The position numbers and the translations under genes were made by a program. Below the pieces are notes generated by a model. The model did not search any database. It was given only the letters and a program-made list of their open reading frames with translations, and was not told where the DNA came from. From a candidate division WWE3 bacterium (GTDB lineage: Bacteria; Patescibacteriota; 4484-211; GCA-002791395): a stretch of 64,000 nt of DNA. This document shows, piece by piece, positions 57,532 through 64,000 of the stretch. The first letter of the stretch is position 1; every line of letters begins with the position of its first letter. Where the stretch lies: positions 381,984 to 445,983 of the forward strand of contig JAAXWF010000001.1 of NCBI GenBank assembly GCA_013335095.1. Reading direction: 5' to 3'.

Positions 57532-59280
57532 CTATTTGTTGAGTTGGGGTAAAATTTCAGCTAATCCTTGTTGTACAGACATCACGGTAATACTGTGATT
57601 TTTAATCATCTGTAATTGTTCGGTAAACTGCTGTTCCGAGATGTCAGTTGATCGATATTCAGTACCGACATTGTGGTAGACCAAGATTAGCCATCCTTTT
57701 GTTGATGTCGTTTGTGTTATTTGATTCTCGATCGACGCAAGAGGGGTATCATTTTTGACAAAGAATACTTTGAGGTTCTGTTGATCAAAGTTAAGACGGG
57801 TATTGACTCCAGTATCGGTTCCTCGGTTTGATACAAAGTATTTTGCGTAGAGTTGGTCGGTCAGCTCGTCATGTTTGCCATATGGAGCCGCAAAATTTAT
57901 CCGCGAATATGGTGAGTATTGAGACAGATAGTCGGCCGACTTTTGTAATTCATCTGTCAACTGATTCTGTGGGAGTAGTGTGGTATCTGTGTGGTGATAG
58001 CTGTGTGATCCTATTTCAAATCCATTTTTTAACATATTGATCAGATCATCTTCATGGAGGTAGTTTTGTGTTCCGATTGTAGTCGGATTCACATAAAAGG
58101 TTGCATTGAATCCATATTTCTTTAGAATGGGAAGGGCCGTTGTTGCCTGGCTCTTCCAGCCATCATCAAACGTTATTGATATAAGTGGGCGATCAAATCC
58201 AATATCCGAATCTGTTAATACAAGTGCGTAGTTATCTGTTTTAAGATACCCTTTTGACTCGATAACCCCCGTAACGGTAATGTCTTTAATGTCGGGGAGT
58301 GTCGCAAAATCAACAGAAAAATGTGTCCATTCTTGAGTTGGCGGTAATGTTGTTAAAGTTGAGAATAATCGATTTCCTGAGTTAGTAGAATATTCGGCAA
58401 TTAGACTTGTCGTGGTGTTGCTTTGGTAATCTAATTCGAATCGCGCTTTTTTGTTTCCGGATGATTTGAGGGGAGTATATTGCCACTTTGCCTCACCGTT
58501 TTTATAGTCAGTAACATCTATTTGTAAAAAATGGTTTTGATCTGTATTCGCGTAGCTAAATTTAGAGATATTTTCTCCATATGTATAGGTTGACCAGGTT
58601 GTCGGTTGATCAAATTTATTTTTTTCTTCTACGTTTGGATTTAGTATCATATTTGGTTGATCTATCGGATCGGTTATGGTCGATTTGATCTGATCATTTG
58701 TTTCTATGAGGTAACTTCCACCCAATGTAACGTATCCACTACTGCCTATTTCAATAATGAAAGATACTGTTGCTGCGTCATTTGGAGCTATAAACGATGC
58801 GGATAATGATGACCAATCCTCTTCATCGGCTAGGTATTGTTTGAGTAATAGTCGTTTTGATACTCCATTTGCATCGGTAAAACGAATGATTAAAGTTGTG
58901 CGTACATTTGTAACGAGATAATTTTTAATAAAATAGTGATGATTTGGTGTGATCTGTACTTGTGGACTCTCAATAGATACATTTCCTTGAGAATAATTTG
59001 GAATGACGATCTTAAGAGCTTTTTTACCTATTATTCCAGGTGCTTTTTCGATTGAATACTCGGCTTGAGAGCCTGTTATTTTCCAGCCGTTTGGCTTTCC
59101 TGAGGCATCGATCTGTTCAAACGATCCGTTTGGTAATAAGTTGCTTGCCGGTGTATCGTACTTTGGCTTAGAAAAAGTATCGCTTAATCTCACAATTCCA
59201 TAGAGAATAGCAATTGCCAGTACTGTGCCGATAATTGTTGAATTTCCCAGTATACGAAGTAGTTTGTGAATCATGTCCAT
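57532..59280 (-). CDS. membrane-anchored polysaccharide deacetylase (NodB/CE4 domain) with N-terminal beta-sandwich domains
   Basis: N-terminal TM. C-terminal ISITFDDGWKSQ...HSYHH CE4 motifs. Confidence 0.7.
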   Translation of the reverse strand: MDMIHKLLRILGNSTIIGTVLAIAILYGIVRLSDTFSKPKYDTPASNLLPNGSFEQIDASGKPNGWKITGSQAEYSIEKAPGIIGKKALKIVIPNYSQGNVSIESPQVQITPNHHYFIKNYLVTNVRTTLIIRFTDANGVSKRLLLKQYLADEEDWSSLSASFIAPNDAATVSFIIEIGSSGYVTLGGSYLIETNDQIKSTITDPIDQPNMILNPNVEEKNKFDQPTTWSTYTYGENISKFSYANTDQNHFLQIDVTDYKNGEAKWQYTPLKSSGNKKARFELDYQSNTTTSLIAEYSTNSGNRLFSTLTTLPPTQEWTHFSVDFATLPDIKDITVTGVIESKGYLKTDNYALVLTDSDIGFDRPLISITFDDGWKSQATTALPILKKYGFNATFYVNPTTIGTQNYLHEDDLINMLKNGFEIGSHSYHHTDTTLLPQNQLTDELQKSADYLSQYSPYSRINFAAPYGKHDELTDQLYAKYFVSNRGTDTGVNTRLNFDQQNLKVFFVKNDTPLASIENQITQTTSTKGWLILVYHNVGTEYRSTDISEQQFTEQLQMIKNHSITVMSVQQGLAEILPQLNK

Positions 59281-59500
59281 GGTATTGTATCGAAAAATTT
59301 AAAATCAGCAAGCCTATAATAACTTCTATTTTAGAATCTCAGTTAGCTATCCGATCTATTGAACAAGCTTTTACTTTCTTTAGGCAAGAGCAGGATGCCT
59401 CAATTTATGCATACATGCAAAATGGGGGTGGTTCTCAAAAAAATTAAATCCGAATTTTATTTAAATCAGAACTTGGGGAATTCGCTTAGCTCAAAAAATT

Positions 59501-59575
59501 TGGCAGGGCCACGAGGATTCGAACCCCGGCTTTTGGTTTTGGAGACCAACGTGCTACCGCTGACACTATAGCCCT
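59501..59575 (-). tRNA. tRNA-Trp (anticodon CCA)
   Basis: Reverse-complement cloverleaf AGGGCTA/TGGCCCT acceptor. Anticodon loop CTCCAAA. T-arm CGGGGTTCGAATCCTCG. GCCA 3' end. Confidence 0.7.
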
Positions 59576-59662
59576 ACAAGATCGTACCGTATAGATTATA
59601 ACTGTTTACACAACTATTCCCAACGATATATTTTTTAAAATTTAATGAAAAGTACCACGATA

Positions 59663-59836
59663 TTACTGTGGTTTTGGAATTTTCTTTTGAACGTGAGGTT
59701 GATGATTATTACAACCTCGGCAAAAACGACTAATCCCATCAAGTTTTGCCGCCTTAGGAGAGCGCTTGACGGTGTAATTAAATCGGTTACATTTTTTACA
59801 GTGTAAAGCCACTGTGACTTTTTCTTTTTTTGCCAT
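59663..59836 (-). CDS. rpmG: 50S ribosomal protein L33
   Basis: Translates to MAKKEKVTVALHCKKCNRFNYTVKRSPKAAKLDGISRFCRGCNNHQPHVQKKIPKPQ (57 aa, Zn-ribbon L33). The ORF-track 59635..59943 is a different frame. Confidence 0.8.
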   Translation of the reverse strand: MAKKEKVTVALHCKKCNRFNYTVKRSPKAAKLDGISRFCRGCNNHQPHVQKKIPKPQ

Positions 59837-59898
59837 ATGTCCCTTTCAAACAGGTCACGCAAATTATACCACAGCTTTCGCAAATATGATGTATCAAC

Positions 59899-59973
59899 TG
59901 GAGCCGAGAGAGGGGATTGAACCCTCGACCTTTTCCTTACCATGGAAACGCTCTACCACTGAGCTATCTCGGC
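59899..59973 (-). tRNA. tRNA-Thr (anticodon GGT)
   Basis: GCCGAGA/TCTCGGC acceptor. Anticodon loop ATGGTAA. T-arm GAGGGTTCAATCCCCTC. Confidence 0.75.
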
Positions 59974-60053
59974 ACATATCATCTGTATTTGGATCACATA
60001 AAATGATAATGAACTCTACGATTGTAACAGTGAGAGCAATATACTTCACCTAG

Positions 60054-61190
60054 TTATCGCGTAACCGTAAGTTGATCCATTTCACTGAGCAGTTGATGCC
60101 TATCTGTATCGGCAAAATGCTCGCGCACAGGTCTTAATATTTCGATTAATTCATCTGCCAGTGCATTCTTAAGGTCGGTCGGGTAGAGGGCGCCGCTCAT
60201 ATAATCCCTGTTTAAATCCTCTATGGAACTGTACGAAATAGTTCCTCCATATTTTTCATCTCGAATAATTGTAAATTGCTTATTATCGGTATCAAGAACT
60301 AAGTGCTTAACCCAATCTATTATTGGATTAAATTCGACATCTTGTGGTGGGCAATATGCTTTTTGGATTTTCTCTTTGATAACGTCAGCGGAATCGGTGA
60401 TAAATACCGCGCTGTTTGGTTTGGATTTGCTCATTTTAAGCTCTGTCCAAAGTTCTCTTTTATCTTCAACGTTTTGAGGGCTTTTAGACGGTTTTGCTAA
60501 ACCGAGTAAAAGGTGATGATGGATTGCAACGGGTTTGATAATCTCGCCAATGTCATTTTTAAGGGGATGAATCGTGAGGTGATGCGCGACATCACGGGCA
60601 ACGACGTGGGCTTTACGCTGATCGGTTCCTGCATGGGCTATATGGATGTTTTGGATGAATATATCAGCCGCTTGCATCGCCGGATAAATAAGCTTAGCAA
60701 AGTCGACTGAATCCTGCTCGCTGCGTCCTAATATGCTGATAGATCGCTGCATTCTTGCGAGTGATGTGTTTTTAGATATCTCGATTACCGTTGCCCAATA
60801 ATCATTGGACATCGATTCGTATAATTCGGAACCTAAAACGAAATGCAATTCAGACGGATCTCCGCCAATTGCTTTATAGCATGCAATCATACCCTCCTTG
60901 AAATATCCACCTGCCACTTTTTTAATCATCTCTCGGTCTCCACCTAATTTATCGTTTATCCACGTATGCCAATCCGCCAATAATATGTGAGTTTTTACCC
61001 CGACGGCATTTAAGTCCTTAATGACCTTCATGCACATCAATCCTGTACCTAAGTGTATTTTTCCGGATATTTCAAAACCGATGTAATGATTAAGTGTTGA
61101 ATTTTTTTCTAATAACGCTTGTAAATCTTCTTTAGTAATTACCTCTTCAGCATGTTGGGTCGCTTGTGTGAGTTTGTCCATAGAATGCAT
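60054..61190 (-). CDS. trpS: tryptophanyl-tRNA synthetase (class I, KMSKS)
   Basis: Class I fold with KMSKS (LKMSKSKPNSA). Length about 378 aa. A Trp versus Tyr assignment would need alignment. Confidence 0.65.
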   Translation of the reverse strand: MHSMDKLTQATQHAEEVITKEDLQALLEKNSTLNHYIGFEISGKIHLGTGLMCMKVIKDLNAVGVKTHILLADWHTWINDKLGGDREMIKKVAGGYFKEGMIACYKAIGGDPSELHFVLGSELYESMSNDYWATVIEISKNTSLARMQRSISILGRSEQDSVDFAKLIYPAMQAADIFIQNIHIAHAGTDQRKAHVVARDVAHHLTIHPLKNDIGEIIKPVAIHHHLLLGLAKPSKSPQNVEDKRELWTELKMSKSKPNSAVFITDSADVIKEKIQKAYCPPQDVEFNPIIDWVKHLVLDTDNKQFTIIRDEKYGGTISYSSIEDLNRDYMSGALYPTDLKNALADELIEILRPVREHFADTDRHQLLSEMDQLTVTR

Positions 61191-61252
61191 TATACCGGAA
61201 CAATATTCGTCAAAAAATGGGTGATATCAACTGTGACATCACCCCGCGTAGA

Positions 61253-61597
61253 TTACCACTCGAGCAGGCATGATCCTAAATCCACGCCGTTTGGCTTTTG
61301 TTGTCCCTCCTTCATAAGGCTGAACCGAATAATTCTTACCAACGCATTGATTCCGATCGCAGTGGCGCGTAGTCGTCGTATCAGCCTTCCATCGGGTAAG
61401 GCGATGTTTTCTGCACATACGGCATAAAAGCAAAGCTCATCGCCGGATGTCGGAAATTGGATAATATGGACCGGTAGTTTAATACTTGGTCCGTCGGGAT
61501 TGTTGCTTAACGTAATCATCAACGCTGGAACTGTGCTGTATGGAACAAGTCCTTCCTCTACGTCCGAGCTATTAACCAGATCGTTTCCTTGAGACAT
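61253..61597 (-). CDS. hypothetical protein (114 aa)
   Basis: SD GGGAGGGAC 3 nt before the ATG. The 18-nt start context is identical to that of gene 17978. Confidence 0.45.
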   Translation of the reverse strand: MSQGNDLVNSSDVEEGLVPYSTVPALMITLSNNPDGPSIKLPVHIIQFPTSGDELCFYAVCAENIALPDGRLIRRLRATAIGINALVRIIRFSLMKEGQQKPNGVDLGSCLLEW

Positions 61598-61724
61598 AGT
61601 CCCTCCCTTTACTCTGTCAGATTCCCTGAGTGCTCATTGATTATAGTTTGTAGGAAAATAAAATAACAGTCTTTGGAAATTATGAGTTAATTATTAATTA
61701 GAAGATAAACTTAATGGTCCGGGG

Positions 61725-61810
61725 GGTAGGACTCGAACCTACGGAGGGCGAGGCCCGAGAGGTTTACAGCCTCTTGCAATTGCCGCTATGCGACCCCCGG
61801 AACAAAACCA
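61725..61810 (-). tRNA. tRNA-Tyr (anticodon GTA), type II with long variable arm
   Basis: CCGGGGG/CCCCCGG acceptor. Anticodon loop CTGTAAA. Variable arm CGGGCCTCGCCC. T-arm GTAGGTTCGAGTCCTAC. Confidence 0.65.
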
Positions 61811-61850
61811 ATTATAGCATCTAAATTAGACTCAATTGACTGGAGCCGGA

Positions 61851-61925
61851 GGAGGGACTTGAACCCACGACTTGCTGTTTACAAAACAGCTACTCTACCA
61901 CTGAGTTACTCCGGCACAATAGACG
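61851..61925 (-). tRNA. tRNA-Thr (anticodon TGT)
   Basis: GCCGGAG/CTCCGGC acceptor. Anticodon loop TTTGTAA. T-arm GTGGGTTCAAGTCCCTC. Confidence 0.75.
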
Positions 61926-62084
61926 AATTTTAACACGAAAGTACCGTTCTGTCTTCGTAGAATGTGTTAATAAACGACACTAGCAATGGTGGTTTTGGCT
62001 TGCTAGATTGCCTGTAATATCCTTTAGTAGAGGTGTTTTTAGCGTTTTGGGAATTTGTGGGTAGTTAGGTAACAAAAAAAGAAG

Positions 62085-62112
62085 AGACGTATCTCTTCTT
62101 TTTTATGATAAG
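62085..62112. terminator. bidirectional intrinsic terminator (A7-AGAAGAGAcgtaTCTCTTCT-T8)
   Basis: Perfect hairpin flanked by an A-run and a T-run. Confidence 0.6.
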
Positions 62113-62398
62113 GCCATCCCGCTGCAACGGAAATGCAGATGTTTTCTTATATCGAAACGCTGCATCAAGTACGTATTTATGCTCCTGGCAAACCAGGTGG
62201 GTGGACGCAGTCTCAGTCCTCAGACCGAAACAATATGGTCTTCCCAAATAAATCAAAAGTGTCGAGCAAAATTGAACGTGCTTGTTTGTCCACGTTAGCA
62301 GCAGGACAAAATGATGATCAATGTGCTGTTGCGCATGATCTTAACTAAACGATAACTCTAATTGCAAAAAGTGTCAATGTGTTTTTGTGGTGTATGGG

Positions 62399-63295
62399 TT
62401 ACTGTAGGTATCCTCGAGAGAATTGTTCCCAAGAAACAGGTGTTTTCCCTTCAAGTTGGAGCGTTTCGGGGATTATGTCATTACCTGCGGGGTGTGCGCT
62501 ATGTATTTTAACTCGTTGACTTAATTGCTTAGGTGATGGTGTCTTGTTTGAGTAGCGGCTGATAAGTTCACCCAGCGTTGTCCAGGCGACAGGTTTTGGG
62601 TAGAAGGCCCGGATAAGTAAGCTAATCTCATGCGGAGATTTTTGCCAATTAATACGGCACGGCTCTTGAGTAAAGAAGCTCGTATAGGTTGCGTTGCTAT
62701 CATCTTGTGAGTACTTAGGTATGTCATTTCTATCGATGTGGGGGAGTAATCGTATGAATTCGTGTGCGCCGATTTGAAAAAGGCGTTTTAACAATGATGC
62801 TGTTGTGTCGGTTTCTTTGATTGGTTCTATCAGTTGGGATAATATATCGCCAGAGTCCATTTTTTCGGTTATTTCCATGATTGTAATTGCCGTTTCTTTT
62901 TCATCATCAAGTATTGACTGCGGAACCGGTGATGGACCACGGTATTTTGGTAGTTTTGAGGGATGAAGATTTAGAGTTTTAAAGTGGGGGAGTTCAAATA
63001 GTTCTTTAGGGATGATTACGCCATAGGACGCGACTAATCCAATATCAGGGTTGAGATTTTCGATTGTTTCAAGCTGTTCTAAGAGCTCCTTTTTCTTCTC
63101 CGCGTAAATAATAGGTATGTGGTTCTTTTGAGCGATCTCACTTACGGAATCATATGAAAAGGGCATAGAAGATTTGTTTTTTCCGGTTATAACTCCAACT
63201 ATTTCGATTTTGTGGTTAATTAGAATTTGTAATGGGATTGTTGAATAGTAGTCTGATCCCCAAAATAATACGCGCATTTTCTTATTATACGACAT
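62399..63295 (-). CDS. fmt: methionyl-tRNA formyltransferase
   Basis: N-terminal formyltransferase fold (RVLFWGSDYYS...). HPSKLPKYRGPSPV. C-terminal Fmt domain. Confidence 0.8.
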   Translation of the reverse strand: MSYNKKMRVLFWGSDYYSTIPLQILINHKIEIVGVITGKNKSSMPFSYDSVSEIAQKNHIPIIYAEKKKELLEQLETIENLNPDIGLVASYGVIIPKELFELPHFKTLNLHPSKLPKYRGPSPVPQSILDDEKETAITIMEITEKMDSGDILSQLIEPIKETDTTASLLKRLFQIGAHEFIRLLPHIDRNDIPKYSQDDSNATYTSFFTQEPCRINWQKSPHEISLLIRAFYPKPVAWTTLGELISRYSNKTPSPKQLSQRVKIHSAHPAGNDIIPETLQLEGKTPVSWEQFSRGYLQ

Positions 63296-63418
63296 ATTTT
63301 ATGTGCACGATGTGGAATGGATGTGTATAATAGGTGTAACCTTATAGGCTGTCGGGTTTTGGTGCCCGGCTGGATACTTTAGTGGTGGGCGGATTAGCCC
63401 ACTATGGAGGACACACGT

Positions 63419-64000
63419 ATGTCCTATGGAGAAAGGCCGCACGAGGCCCTTCCGCAGAGGCAGGCGACCGGGATCGGCATTGGTCCATGGTCCTGGCTAT
63501 TGGTAGCCGGGTGGATCGGTGTGATGGTCTGGCAGGCTCAGTACTTCTCAGATAATCAGCTCTGGGGGTGGGCCTTCGGGTTTCTTGGGATCCTGGTGGT
63601 GCTGAATCTGCTCCTCCATCTGCTGATCTACGGCATCATCGCTGCTGTGATCGGTGTCGTGATGGAGATCGCATGGGTTCAGCTCATCGAGCCCACGTGG
63701 TCGTTCTATGAGTACGGCAACCCGCAGGATTATCGGTGGGTGCTGCCAACTCTAGGGGTGACCGTCGTGATTATCGTTGCGATTGCCCGCTTACTCCAGA
63801 CTTTTGGGGTCGGAGGGGCGCGCAATGATAGTATCGGGGATGTTCCCCGGGGAATGTATCTGGCGATGGGGCTGTTTTCGCAGGCCCAGCGGCGCCAGTA
63901 CCACCGGGGTATCCATGATCAGTACAAGGCGCTGCCATGGTACCAGCGTATGGTGCTCCGAATGCGGGGCCAGGGTGTCCGCAAGCCCCGGAGGGGGCAG
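63419..64000 (+). CDS. hypothetical polytopic membrane protein, GC-rich, truncated by the window end
   Basis: Extended -10 (TGTGTATAAT) at 63325. SD GGAGGAC 6 nt before the ATG at 63419. At least three hydrophobic helices. Open to the window edge. Confidence 0.4.
   Translation, partial: MSYGERPHEALPQRQATGIGIGPWSWLLVAGWIGVMVWQAQYFSDNQLWGWAFGFLGILVVLNLLLHLLIYGIIAAVIGVVMEIAWVQLIEPTWSFYEYGNPQDYRWVLPTLGVTVVIIVAIARLLQTFGVGGARNDSIGDVPRGMYLAMGLFSQAQRRQYHRGIHDQYKALPWYQRMVLRMRGQGVRKPRRGQ

Noticed and set aside
59635-59943. 102-aa minus-strand ORF spanning rpmG and tRNA-Thr
   Set aside because: It is in a different frame from the genuine 57-aa L33 gene and overlaps a tRNA. It is a spurious ORF.
62065-62348. 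Overlapping small ORFs (63 and 71 aa) downstream of tRNA-Thr(TGT)
   Set aside because: They are mutually antisense with no SD. The region looks like a moderately GC-rich intergenic stretch with small hairpins (GCTGCA/TGCAG, CCTGG/CCAGG). A possible small RNA is not supported well enough to call.
1-64000. CRISPR arrays, IS elements, integrases and rRNA genes
   Set aside because: I saw no short direct-repeat arrays with unique spacers. I found no transposase or integrase motifs (DDE, tyrosine recombinase R..HxxR..Y), no terminal inverted repeats flanking a transposase-sized ORF, and no rRNA-like conserved stretches. None are called.

Overview
This 64 kb window is an AT-rich, gene-dense bacterial chromosome segment, roughly 35-40% GC by eye. 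Its native gene content resembles a streamlined Patescibacteria/CPR-like or similar small-genome bacterium. Recognisable housekeeping genes include radA, rho, obg, rarA, radC, sodA, leuS, comEA/comEC, adk-like, mreB, a large alpha-glucan/glycosyltransferase cluster, rplL-rplJ-rplK-nusG-secE, rpmG, trpS, fmt and eight tRNAs. Most native genes lack Shine-Dalgarno (SD) sequences. Interspersed among them are at least a dozen visibly GC-rich cassettes, roughly 50-65% GC by eye. Each cassette carries its own sigma70-like promoter (often an extended -10, TGnTATAAT), a strong SD (recurrently GGAGGGAC or AAGGAG), ordinary ORFs of unknown function, and a clean intrinsic terminator. The GC-rich elements are: a 3-4 gene island at 0.5-4.7 kb; a radical-SAM plus membrane-protein plus small-protein set at 6.4-8.9 kb; two genes at 12.2-13.9 kb; a 1.8 kb GC-rich non-coding island at 22.7-24.5 kb; a gene at 24.5-25.0 kb; a 118-aa ORF sitting where rplA should be in the rplKAJL cluster; a moderate-GC tdk plus unknown pair; and a membrane protein at the right edge. 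I cannot assign a known named system to the GC-rich genes from sequence alone. The 0.5-4.7 kb operon and the radical-SAM cassette are the best candidates for a novel, horizontally acquired, possibly defence-type or modification system. All calls are from manual reading of motifs and structure, with no database searches.
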